Source: Myxococcales bacterium | GTDB lineage: Bacteria > Myxococcota_A > Polyangia > Palsa-1104 > JAEUJZ01 | Length of the DNA stretch: 64,000 bases | Assembly (NCBI GenBank): GCA_016794465.1 | Contig: JAEUKA010000043.1 | Span: 47,821 to 111,820, forward strand | Direction of reading: 5' to 3' | Shown here: positions 49,687 through 59,100 of the stretch, piece by piece | Position numbering within the stretch: the stretch's first letter is position 1 | Layout of the letters: each line of letters opens with the position of its first letter | The notes under the pieces: generated by a model | Database searches by the model: none | What the model saw: the letters and a program-made list of their open reading frames with translations, nothing else | What the model was told of the DNA's origin: nothing | Translations under genes and position numbers: made by a program

Positions 49687-50369
49687 TAGCTTGCCTCCGC
49701 AGCCTTGGGCTTGGACTTCGGCTCCGGCTCGCCAACGGGATGCGTACTCTCGGCCCGCAGCGCCGCCAAGATCACCTGCGACACCGCATCGCAGTGCGAG
49801 GAAATCGCCCGCACCCGCCGGTTGTAGAAGTTGAAGAACACAACCGCTGGGATGGCGACCAGGAGTCCGACTGCGGTAGCGACCAAGGCCTCGGAGATAC
49901 CGGCCATAACAATCGCGATGCCGCCCGACTGATTGGCCGCCAGGTCGCGGAAGGCCTTGATGATGCCGAGGACGGTGCCAAACAGACCGATAAACGGTGC
50001 GTTGCTGCCCAGCGTTCCCAGAAAGGCCAGGTTGCGCTCGAGCCGCAGCTTGATCCGCGCTCGGCAGCCCAGCATCGCTGCTTCGGCGGCATCAGCGCCT
50101 CGCTCGGCTTCCAAGAGTCCGGCCCGCGCCACTTCCGCTTCGAGGCCCTTGTCGGCATCGGCGCGCTTGCGGGCTTCGACAAACTTGTGGTCGAGCAGGA
50201 GCTTGCGAAGATCATCAGCCAGCGACGCAAAGTCCGCGCGCAGACTGAAGTAGTACAGACCGCGCTCGATCGCGATCGCAACGCTGACCACCGATAGGAA
50301 GATCAGCAACCACAGCACCCACTCGGCGCCTATCAGGGTAAAGGCGAGAAGTTTCTGTGTCAGGTTCAT
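49686..50369 (-). CDS. exbB: MotA/TolQ/ExbB proton-channel protein
   Basis: three TM helices; conserved FGTVLGIIKAF...AL..TA.GL motif. Confidence 0.9.
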   Translation of the reverse strand: MNLTQKLLAFTLIGAEWVLWLLIFLSVVSVAIAIERGLYYFSLRADFASLADDLRKLLLDHKFVEARKRADADKGLEAEVARAGLLEAERGADAAEAAMLGCRARIKLRLERNLAFLGTLGSNAPFIGLFGTVLGIIKAFRDLAANQSGGIAIVMAGISEALVATAVGLLVAIPAVVFFNFYNRRVRAISSHCDAVSQVILAALRAESTHPVGEPEPKSKPKAAEAS

Positions 50370-50475
50370 CGGACTCGGTGCTCTCCAGGTGCGCTAGCGA
50401 TGGGTAAGATGCCTTGGACTTGACGCAGGCGGCAAGCGAGCGGGCTTGACGGTGTACGGCGCGGCATAACGACCG

Positions 50476-50496
50476 TTTTGCAAGCGTCTTGCAAAA
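50476..50496. promoter_or_regulatory. AT-rich perfect palindrome TTTTGCAAG-cgt-CTTGCAAAA in a divergent promoter region
   Basis: 9-bp arms and a 3-bp spacer; between the exbB start (50369, minus) and the atoE-like start (50583, plus). Confidence 0.4.
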
Positions 50497-50582
50497 ATCT
50501 TGGTGGGGAGTGTAGCGGTGTGCCGCGTCCGCTCGCAACCGTAAGTTCGCCCTGGGCCTCGGGTTTTCCGTACAAATGACCC

Positions 50583-51974
50583 ATGCGTACCCAAGTTCTC
50601 AGGCCCGCGCTGCGGTTCACAAGCTGGCTAGAGCAGTATCTGCCCGACGCATTCTTGTTTGCGCTGCTGGCGACGGTGTTGTCGCTGCTGCTTGGCTCGC
50701 TGTGGGCGAGGGCCGAGTGGGGGCCGATGCTCGACGGCTGGGGCAAGGGCTTCTTCTCGCTGCTGGGGTTTACGCTGCAGATGGCGCTGATCATCATCCT
50801 CGGGCATGTCGTCGCCAGTGCCGATGCGGTGGCGCGGCTGCTCGGGTGGCTGGGTGGCCTGTGTCGGACGGCGCGGGGAGCGGTCGCACAGGTGGCGCTG
50901 CTGGCGATGCTGTCGTCATGGCTCAACTGGGGCTTTTCGCTGGTGTTCTCGGCGATGCTGGCACGGGCGGTGGCGCGGCGCTTTGCCGAGCGAGGCCAGA
51001 AAGTCGACTACCGAGCGCTCGCGGCGGCCAGCTTTCTCGGTCTGGGCAGCATCTGGGCGCAGGGGCTGTCCGGCTCGGCGGCGCTGCAGATGGCGACGCC
51101 GGGTGCGCTGCCACCGGGGCTGCATGGGCACGGGATTCCGCTGTCGCAGACAATCTTTCTGTGGCAGTCGCTGCTGTCGGTGGTCATCGAGGTACTGGTG
51201 GTGACGCTGCTGATGTGGCTGATTGCCCCGAGTGAAGCCACCGCCGTCACCGCCGCTGACCTGGGCTGCTCGCTCGATCCGCCTACGTCCACGAACCCCC
51301 CTGCCAGCGAGCCGCCGCTGCCCCTGCGTCCCGGCGAGCGACCCGAGCACTCGCCCTGGTTGAGCGCTGCGTTTGTGCTGCTGGCGCTCGGTTTTCTGTG
51401 GCGATCGCTGCGGCAAGCGCCGTCGGTGTTAGAGGCAGTGAACCTGAACACGATCAACCTGTTTCTGCTAGCGCTGGGAACGGCGCTGCATCGCACCCCG
51501 GCACGGCTGCAGCGAGCGTTTGCGGCTGCGACCCCGGCGGTGTGGGGCGTGATCCTGCAGTTTCCGTTCTACGGAGGCATCGCCGGCATCCTCGCCAGCT
51601 CTGGACTCAATGCCCGCATCGCCGATCTGTTCGTGGGCGCCGCCAGTCAAGCGACCTTGCCGCCGCTCGTGGCCGCGTACTCGGCGCTGCTGGGGGTGCT
51701 GGTGCCCTCGGGAGGCTCGAAGTGGCTAATCGAAGCGCCGTACGTGCTTGCCGCCGCCGAGCGACTCCACGTCCACGCCGGCTGGATGGTCGCGGTCTAC
51801 GACCTCGGCGAGGCGCTGGCCAACCTGATCCAGCCGTTTTGGATGCTGCCTGTCCTCGGCCTGCTCGGACTCAAAGCGCGCGACGTGATGCGCTACACCA
51901 TCCTGGTCTTCTTCGTCCTCACCCCACTCGTCCTCGCCTCGACCTACGCCCTCGGCCTCACCCTCAGGCCGTAG
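50583..51974 (+). CDS. atoE: AtoE-family short-chain fatty acid transporter
   Basis: N-terminal similarity to E. coli AtoE (WLPDPLIFA / FGMQMALIIVTGHALASS vs YLPDAFLFA / FTLQMALIIILGHVVASA); about 12 TM helices. Confidence 0.8.
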   Translation: MRTQVLRPALRFTSWLEQYLPDAFLFALLATVLSLLLGSLWARAEWGPMLDGWGKGFFSLLGFTLQMALIIILGHVVASADAVARLLGWLGGLCRTARGAVAQVALLAMLSSWLNWGFSLVFSAMLARAVARRFAERGQKVDYRALAAASFLGLGSIWAQGLSGSAALQMATPGALPPGLHGHGIPLSQTIFLWQSLLSVVIEVLVVTLLMWLIAPSEATAVTAADLGCSLDPPTSTNPPASEPPLPLRPGERPEHSPWLSAAFVLLALGFLWRSLRQAPSVLEAVNLNTINLFLLALGTALHRTPARLQRAFAAATPAVWGVILQFPFYGGIAGILASSGLNARIADLFVGAASQATLPPLVAAYSALLGVLVPSGGSKWLIEAPYVLAAAERLHVHAGWMVAVYDLGEALANLIQPFWMLPVLGLLGLKARDVMRYTILVFFVLTPLVLASTYALGLTLRP

Positions 51975-51998
51975 CGCCGGCCCAACCTGGCGCTTTTG
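51973..51998 (+). terminator. candidate weak intrinsic terminator after the atoE-like gene
   Basis: AGCGCC-ggcccaacct-GGCGCT followed by TTTT. Confidence 0.35.
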
Positions 51999-52024
51999 GC
52001 TACTGGGAGTAGACCTGCACGCAC

Positions 52025-52138
52025 TTTCAAGTCCGCGCGGACCTTCTCGAGAAGGCCTGCACAGACTTCAAAGTTCGCGCGGACCTTCTCGAGAAGGCCT
52101 GCACAGACTTCAAAGCTCGCGCGGGGCCTTTCGATAGG
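52025..52138. repeat. 2.5 tandem copies of a ~42-bp unit containing two different perfect 12-bp palindromes (GTCCGCGCGGAC and CTTCTCGAGAAG)
   Basis: seen directly, between the atoE-like stop/terminator and the start of the fused glcD/glcE gene. Confidence 0.8.
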
Positions 52139-52194
52139 CTTGCTGGGGTGACTTGGCGCGCACGGCGGGGCGGCCTGGATGGTAAGGTGCGCGG

Positions 52195-54936
52195 GTGGAC
52201 AGCTTGCAACGTGATGGTCGCTCGCCAAGTGATGGTCGCTCGCTTCTCGCCGATGACCCGCCGTGGCTGGAGGCGTTTGTAGCGCAGCTCGGACCGGCGC
52301 TGTTTTCAACCCAGCCCGAGGACCTTGTGGCCTATCGGCGCGACATGTGGGCGCGAGGGCTGATTCAGGTGGCGGCGGGACAGCCAGCGGGGACGCTGCC
52401 GGCAGCGGTGGTGTGGCCGCGATCGACTGCGGACTTGGTGCAGATCGTGAAGCTGGCCGAGCAGCATGGGGTCGCGCTGACTCCGTTTGGGGCGGGCTCG
52501 GGGGTGACGGGGGGAGCGACGCCGTCGGCGGGCAGCTTGGTCGTGGATCTGAAGCGGCTGCGCACGCTGACGGTGGACCGGGACACGCTGACGGTACGCT
52601 GCGGGGCGGGCTGGAACGGCTGGCACATCGAGGAGGCGCTCGGTCGGCATGGGCTGTCAATCGGGCACTTCCCGTCGTCGATCATGTGTTCGACGGTGGG
52701 CGGCTGGCTGGCGACGCGCGGGGCCGGTCAGCTGTCGACCAAGTACGGCAAGATCGAGGACATGGTGTCGGCGCTGACGGTGGTAACCGGGCGGGGCGAG
52801 CGGCTCGACCTCGATGGTGCACACGAAGGCCCCGACTGGGTGCAGCTGCTGACCGGCAGTGAGGGGCGGCTGGGCCTGATCAGTGAGGCGACGCTATCGG
52901 TGATGCCGGTGCCGGGGAAGCGGCTGCTGCGCGGCTACTGGTTTCCCGATGTGGCGGCGGGGACGGGGGCGATTCGCCACATCCTCCAGCGAGGGCTCAG
53001 GCCGGCGGTGGTGCGGCTGTATGACGAGCTGGACACGCTGCTGGCGGGGACGGGGCGACATCCGCCGAGCCTCAACCAGCCGCTGCTGTCGAACCTGTCG
53101 GGGACGGCGGGGCGACTGCTTCAGCAGCTGTCGGGGCTGATCGGCAAGTTCGAGGTGGGGCGCTCACGGCAGCAGCTGGAGCTGGGCGAGCTGCTGGCGC
53201 TGCTGCGTCCTGACGCCGAGAAGGCCAAGCATCGCCTGGAGCGGTGGTTTTTGCAGGCGGCGCTCGGCAAGACCGAGCCGGTGGGTCAGCTTATCGACTC
53301 GCTTTTGGCCCGGCTGCACATCGGCTGTTTGCTGATCATCGGCTGCGAGGGTGAGCCGGCGACCACGGCGATGGAAGAGCAGCTGATTCGCGAGGAGCTG
53401 GGGCGGCTCGGCGGGCGGGACCTGGGTCCAGAGCCGGGCGAGCACTGGCTGCGCCATCGCTACGATGTGAGCTTCAAGTGGCCAAGGGTGTTTGCGGCGG
53501 GCGCGATGGCCGACACGATGGAGTTTGCGGCGACCTGGGACCGACTGCCGGCGCTGTATCAGAAGGTGCGGACGGCGACGCTGCCGCAGGCGCTGGTGAT
53601 GGCGCACTTTAGCCACGCCTATCCCGACGGCTGCTCGATTTACTTTACGTTCATGACGCGGTCGCTGGCGGGGGGAAGCAGTCCCGAGGAGCGGGCGGAC
53701 CCGGACCTGCTGGCGGCGCGGCAAAAAGACGATCAGCGTCGCTACGATGAGATCTGGCAGGGGGCGATTGCAGCGGCGCTGGCGGCGGGCGCGACGATTG
53801 GCCATCACCATGGCGTGGGGCGGCTGCGGGCGCCGTTCCTGGGGGATGAGCAAGGGCACGGGCTGCCGATCTTGCGGACGCTGTCGGCGGTGTGTGATCC
53901 GGCACGGATCTTCAGTCCGGGGCGGCTGTTTCTGGAAGAGCGCTCGCCCCCGAGCCCGTCCAAGCTGGCCAGCCAGCCGGTCGCGCCGCCGCCGAAGGGC
54001 GTCCAGGTGAACGCTACCTCGCTGCTGGTGACGGCGTCGGCGGACCTTACGCTGGGTCAGATTGAACAGCAGCTGCGTCAGCAAGACCTGTCGCTCGGGG
54101 GGCTGCCGCCATCGGCCTATGGTCGAACGCTGGGCGAGGCGCTGCACAAGCCGCTGCCGCTGGAAGCCTGCGTGTCATCGGGGCGACTGCATGATCGGCG
54201 GGTTCAGCTGCTGGTACGGCTGGACAGTGGTCGGCAGGTCGCGATTCCGCCGCAGCCGGCGCCGCGCCGATCGACAGGGCCGGATCTGGGGCAGGTGTTT
54301 GTCGGGTCGCTCGCCGGGGAAGGCAGCCGGATCATCGCGGCGACGCTGCGGGTCGAGCGCTATCTGCCAGTGCGTCCATGTCTGACGCTGCGCTTTGACG
54401 AGACGCGGGCGGCCCTGCGAGCGCTGTATCAAGTTCGGCGCTGGCATGGCGGCTGCGGGGTTCACTCGGTGGTGCTGTTTTCGCGGCCACTTGTCGAGTC
54501 CCTGTTGCCTCACAGCCAGCTTCCTCCTGGTCGGCTGCTGCTGCTGCTCGAAGGGGGGGGGCCGCTGGCCTTGGCGCAAGAATCGCTGCGTGAGCTGTCA
54601 CATCGTCTGGGGGCTGGCGAGGCCTTTGCGCCGATCCCGGCGCTACGCGAGCTGTGGACGGACTCGGTCGAGGCGCTGACGACGCGCTGGCAGGCACTCG
54701 GACCGCTCTATCAGCAGCACCTTCCGCCTGGGACGCTGGAAACGCCCGGGACGCCGGAAACCATCGAGGAACAGCTGGTGCGAATGGAAGGCTTGCCTGA
54801 GCGGTTTCTGATCGGCGGGATTCACCGGCACGGCCTGGCGCTGGCCAGCCCCGATGCGCTTGCAGTGCAGCCACCTGTCGCCCTGCCCTTTTTGCCCGAG
54901 CTGTCGGCAGCACTACAGCTGTCGCTTGCGGAGTAG
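52195..54936 (+). CDS. fused FAD-linked oxidase: GlcD-like (FAD_binding_4 + FAD-oxidase C domain) joined to a GlcE-like second FAD-binding subunit (913 aa)
   Basis: N-terminal alignment with GlcD (PAAVVWPRSTADLVQIV...HHHGVGRLRA); an extra ~340-aa C-terminal GlcE-like region. Confidence 0.8.
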   Translation: MDSLQRDGRSPSDGRSLLADDPPWLEAFVAQLGPALFSTQPEDLVAYRRDMWARGLIQVAAGQPAGTLPAAVVWPRSTADLVQIVKLAEQHGVALTPFGAGSGVTGGATPSAGSLVVDLKRLRTLTVDRDTLTVRCGAGWNGWHIEEALGRHGLSIGHFPSSIMCSTVGGWLATRGAGQLSTKYGKIEDMVSALTVVTGRGERLDLDGAHEGPDWVQLLTGSEGRLGLISEATLSVMPVPGKRLLRGYWFPDVAAGTGAIRHILQRGLRPAVVRLYDELDTLLAGTGRHPPSLNQPLLSNLSGTAGRLLQQLSGLIGKFEVGRSRQQLELGELLALLRPDAEKAKHRLERWFLQAALGKTEPVGQLIDSLLARLHIGCLLIIGCEGEPATTAMEEQLIREELGRLGGRDLGPEPGEHWLRHRYDVSFKWPRVFAAGAMADTMEFAATWDRLPALYQKVRTATLPQALVMAHFSHAYPDGCSIYFTFMTRSLAGGSSPEERADPDLLAARQKDDQRRYDEIWQGAIAAALAAGATIGHHHGVGRLRAPFLGDEQGHGLPILRTLSAVCDPARIFSPGRLFLEERSPPSPSKLASQPVAPPPKGVQVNATSLLVTASADLTLGQIEQQLRQQDLSLGGLPPSAYGRTLGEALHKPLPLEACVSSGRLHDRRVQLLVRLDSGRQVAIPPQPAPRRSTGPDLGQVFVGSLAGEGSRIIAATLRVERYLPVRPCLTLRFDETRAALRALYQVRRWHGGCGVHSVVLFSRPLVESLLPHSQLPPGRLLLLLEGGGPLALAQESLRELSHRLGAGEAFAPIPALRELWTDSVEALTTRWQALGPLYQQHLPPGTLETPGTPETIEEQLVRMEGLPERFLIGGIHRHGLALASPDALAVQPPVALPFLPELSAALQLSLAE

Positions 54937-54939
54937 CTC

Positions 54940-56037
54940 ATGCCCGATCTTGCCACCTCGCTGACGCTGTGTTCGCTGTGCCCGAAGCTGTGCAGCCACG
55001 TCTGTCCGGTCTATCGCGCCTCCGCCCGGGAGACGCTGACGCCGCAAGCGAAGATGTCCAGCCTGCTCGCGCTGCGCCGCACCGAGTCCGCTGAGCCTGA
55101 GCCCTCGACCGCGCTGCCGCTGTACGGCTGTACCGGCTGTGGAGCCTGCGCAACGGCCTGTCTGCACAAGGTCGAGCCGAGTCAGCATCTGGTCCGAGGC
55201 CGTGCCAACGCCGAGCGGGCCGATATCGGTCATCCCGCGCTGGCTGACCTGCCCGAGAGGCAGTTTCAGCGTGCCCAGGAGGCCTCGCGCGCGATCTTGC
55301 GGGACCCGCTGCTGTCGACACGCCTCGCCCGGGCGGGAGAGGTCGGCCTGCTGCCATCGTGCCTACCACGTCGCCAGCGCGGGGATGGGCCGGTGGAGGA
55401 GGCGCACAAGCTGCTGACGGTGCTCGATCGCCTGCGCGCCCACCGCAGCGACCTGCCCGAGTATGGGCTGCTGACCGTGGGCAGTGCCGGCTACGCGCTC
55501 TATGCCGCTGGTCTGGACGAGTCGTTTCGGCTCTATGCGGAGTCGCTGGCCCACAAGGTCGCGGACCTGGCGATGCTGGTGACCACCTGCTCGGCGTGTA
55601 CGTATCTGCTGAAGGTGGTGTATCCGCAGCACGGTGTCCCGCTTGTCCCCAAAGTGCTGCACCTGTCCGAGTTTTTGCTGCCCTTTGCCAGTGCGCTGCC
55701 GATCACGCGGCGGGTGCAGCGGGTGACCTATCACTCGCCATGTCACCTGTCGCGTCGGCTCAAGCTGGATGCGCCCCGTCAGCTTTTGCAGCGCTTGGCG
55801 GTCGAAGTCGAGGAGCTGTCCCCAAGTGGTGACGAAGCGCTGTGCTGTGGGGCCGGTGGGCTTCTGCCCCAGACCGATCCCGACTTGGCCACCGCCATGG
55901 CCCAAGAAGCCATGGCCACCGCCCATCCAGCCGTGCCCGTGGTAAGTGGCTGTCCCACCTGCAGCTACCACCTCACCAAGAGCGGCCACTCGGCGGACGA
56001 CCTGCTCGACCTGCTCGCTTCCGCCACCGCCACGTAA
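54940..56037 (+). CDS. GlcF-like iron-sulfur subunit (two 4Fe-4S CxxCxxCxxxCP motifs plus CCG domains)
   Basis: CSLCPKLCSHVCP and CTGCGACATAC; C-terminal CCG motif EALCCGAGG; starts 4 nt after the glcDE-like stop. Confidence 0.8.
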   Translation: MPDLATSLTLCSLCPKLCSHVCPVYRASARETLTPQAKMSSLLALRRTESAEPEPSTALPLYGCTGCGACATACLHKVEPSQHLVRGRANAERADIGHPALADLPERQFQRAQEASRAILRDPLLSTRLARAGEVGLLPSCLPRRQRGDGPVEEAHKLLTVLDRLRAHRSDLPEYGLLTVGSAGYALYAAGLDESFRLYAESLAHKVADLAMLVTTCSACTYLLKVVYPQHGVPLVPKVLHLSEFLLPFASALPITRRVQRVTYHSPCHLSRRLKLDAPRQLLQRLAVEVEELSPSGDEALCCGAGGLLPQTDPDLATAMAQEAMATAHPAVPVVSGCPTCSYHLTKSGHSADDLLDLLASATAT

Positions 56038-56174
56038 ACGTCGCTTCCAGCGATAACTGCCCCAAGAAGTTGTGATTTTTCCTGTCCTTTCATGGATCTG
56101 TGTGTGGCCCATTGCATAAAAACCGTGTTACGCTTGCCGGGATTCTTTCCCTAAGAAGCGTGATCGGTTGATCC

Positions 56175-59100
56175 ATGGCCCTTGCATCCACACCTACGTC
56201 GCAGACCGGTCCCGAGCAGGCCCCGACGGCACGCATCGGAATGGTCCTCTCTGGCACCTATCGTCTCGACGCCTTTTTGGGCCAAGGCATGACCGGCCTG
56301 ACCTACAACGCCTGGCATCTGCGGCAGAAACAGCCGTTTGCGCTGAAGCTGTTGCACAAAGAGCTGGCGCCGAGCCACGATCGAGTGTCGAAGCTGCGGC
56401 AAGACCTGCGGGCGCTGAGCGGGCTGCGACGGTTTGGCTTTCTGCCGGTTGATCTGAGCTTTGCGCCGGACGGCTCACCGTTTATGGCAGCCGAGCTTCT
56501 CGTTGGAGAGACGCTGCGGGTGCGGTTACAGCGCGGACCTTTGCCGGTGCTGGCGGCGGGCATTGTGACGGCGGCTCTGGCGCGTGCGCTGGCGGAAGCC
56601 CACAAGCAAAACGTCGTCCACGGTGATCTGCGACCGGAAAACGTAATTCTCCCGACGGAAGCGGGGCGCGAGGTTGAGGCCGGACAGCCGGTGCTACTCG
56701 ACGCGGCGCTGCACCACCTGCGCAAGCGGGCGATTGGGCTGGATGAGTCGCTACCGCTCGGCAAGCTGGCCTATCTGGCGCCTGAGCAGGCCAGTGGTGA
56801 GCAGCAGAGCGCCGACAATGGTGGCGACATCTTTGCTCTCGGCGCGATCTTGTATGAGTGCCTGACCGGCAAGCAAGCGTTCGGCGGCCCGGAGCTGGAG
56901 GTGATCCTGGAGCGGCTGTCGTCGCCACCACCGTCTCTGCAGCTGCCGCGTGAGCTGGGGGCGCCGCCGGGCCTGTCGGAAGCGCTCGACGGGGTGATTC
57001 GTCGCGCCTGCACTCGCGATCCGTCCGAGCGGTTCGAGTCGATGAGCGAGCTGTTGACAGCGCTCGGGCAAGCGTTCGAGAAGTCAGGGCTGCCGCTGCC
57101 ACCACCGGACGAGCGCGTGCCGATCGATACCTTGCTGTCGCAGAACAAGGCGCTGCGCAAGCGAACGGTGGCGGTGAAGCGGATTGCGCCGCTGCCGAGT
57201 GCGCCGAGCGATGACGACGACGATGTCAGTGATCCCTCGCGGGTGCTGACTGCGGCGATGATGCCGTCGGCGGACTCGGGTCCCGAGCCGGCGGAGTCGG
57301 CGCAGTCGAAGCCAACCGGCAAGCGCAACACCGCCAAGCAGCGAATCATTCGGCGCACGGTGCGGGCACGCGATCTGTCGCGAATGCTGGCTGAGGTCGA
57401 GGCTGGACGGCTGAGTCCCGATCAAGCGATGGCGATGTCCTCGGATGCCGATGAAGAGGAAGCGCCAGAGAGCAGCAAGTCGCAGCCTCTGACGGAAGCG
57501 GAGAAGCTGGCCGAAGAAGGTCGGGCGGCAGTGCTGGCGCGGGCCGAAGCGGCGAAGAAGAACCGCGAGGTCGAGGTCAAAAACCGAATCGAGCGCGAGA
57601 AGTCCGAGACGGCGCAGATGCAGAAGCGCCTGCTGGAGCAAGCCCGGGCAGAGACGCTGGGCCGGATGCGCGCCGAGTGGGAACAGAGCCAGCGCGGCAA
57701 GCCAGGTAAGGACGGCAGCGACAGCAGTGCGCCTGCCAAAGACCTGTTCGCAGCGCAGCAGACCGCCGCCGAGCAAAAAGAGCTGCTCGAGGAAGCGGCG
57801 CGGCAGTCGAAGCGACTGGAGGCGGAGCGCCAAGAGGCAGAGCGGAAGGCCGCCGAGGAAGCCGAGCGCGAGCGCAAGGAAGCCCAAGCCGCCGAGGAAG
57901 CGCGGGTGGCCGCCGAGAGACTGCAAGCAGAGCTGCGGGACAAAGAGCGGATCGAGGCCGAGCGAGCCGAGCGAGTCCGTCAGAAGGCCGAGCGAGAGGC
58001 CGAGGCGCGCAAGAAGGCCGACGAGGCGGAGCAGCGCAAACAGGCCAAGATCGCCGAGGTCGAAGCGGCGCAGCGAGCAGCGGCAGAGGCCAAGCAGCAA
58101 GCAGAGGAAGCAGCCAAACAGGCGGCGCAGGCCCAAGCCGATGCCGAGCCCGAGCTTCTCGACGACGACATTGACGAAATTTTTGAGGAAACCAAGAAGC
58201 CTCCACCGGTTCCCGAATCGGTAAAGCGCGCCGCCGCAGCAGCCATCAAGGCGCAGCAAGACGCGGCGGAAGCGGAAGCAGCGGCGGCCAAAGCCAAGCA
58301 AGACGCCGAAGCGATCAGCCAAGCGGCCGATGAAGCCCAGCAAGCTGTCGTCGCTGCCGAAGAGTCACGGATGCGCTCTGCGTCCGAATTTGAGGAGATC
58401 ATCCGCGCTGCCCAAGAGGCCCGCGATCGCGAAGAAGCGCTGGCCAAGCAGATCCGCGATGCCGAGGATCGGGCGCGTGCGGCGCAAGCGGCCCGGGCGG
58501 TGAACCTCGCGCTGGCCAACCGAGCGACCCGAGCGCTGGCAGTGATCCAGCAGGTCCAGACCTTCGCGCAAAACGAGCCGGCGCAGGGCGACGAGGAGCC
58601 GAGCGATGGCGTGCCTCGGCTGCGTGATCAGTCCGGTCCCAATCGACTGCGTGATCAGTCCGGTCCCAATCGGCTTCGCGATCAGTCGGGTCCTTCTCGG
58701 CTCTCGCCCGTGGCCGGAGCGCGGCCAGCGATCTCGGAGAGCGCGGTGACGCCGGTGCGCAAGCCGAGCGCGACCAGTGCGCCCGAGTCGTCGAGCAGCT
58801 ACGGAGCGCCCAAGTCGGTACCGCCGCCGCGTGACCCCAGTGGCGTGTTTGCGCCCGCCCAGGTGCCGCCGATGATGATGGGGTCGTACTCAAACCCACA
58901 GATGGCGCCGGGAATGATTCGGCCCGAGGTCAGTGGTCCGTACACCAATCCGCAGATGTCGCCGGTGGGGATGCGCCCCGAGATGAGCGGCGTCTACACC
59001 AATCCGCAGATGTCGCCGGCGATGATGCCGATGCAGTCCACGTCGATGCCAGTGCTGGTCGCCCCGGTGATGCAGCAGGGACTACCGCCGCACTCGCCGC

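Noticed and set aside
51944-52660. 238-aa Pro/Ala/Ser-rich minus-strand ORF
   Set aside because: It overlaps the atoE-like 3' end, the palindromic repeat region and the well-supported glcD-like N-terminus on the other strand. Its composition is typical of GC-frame noise.
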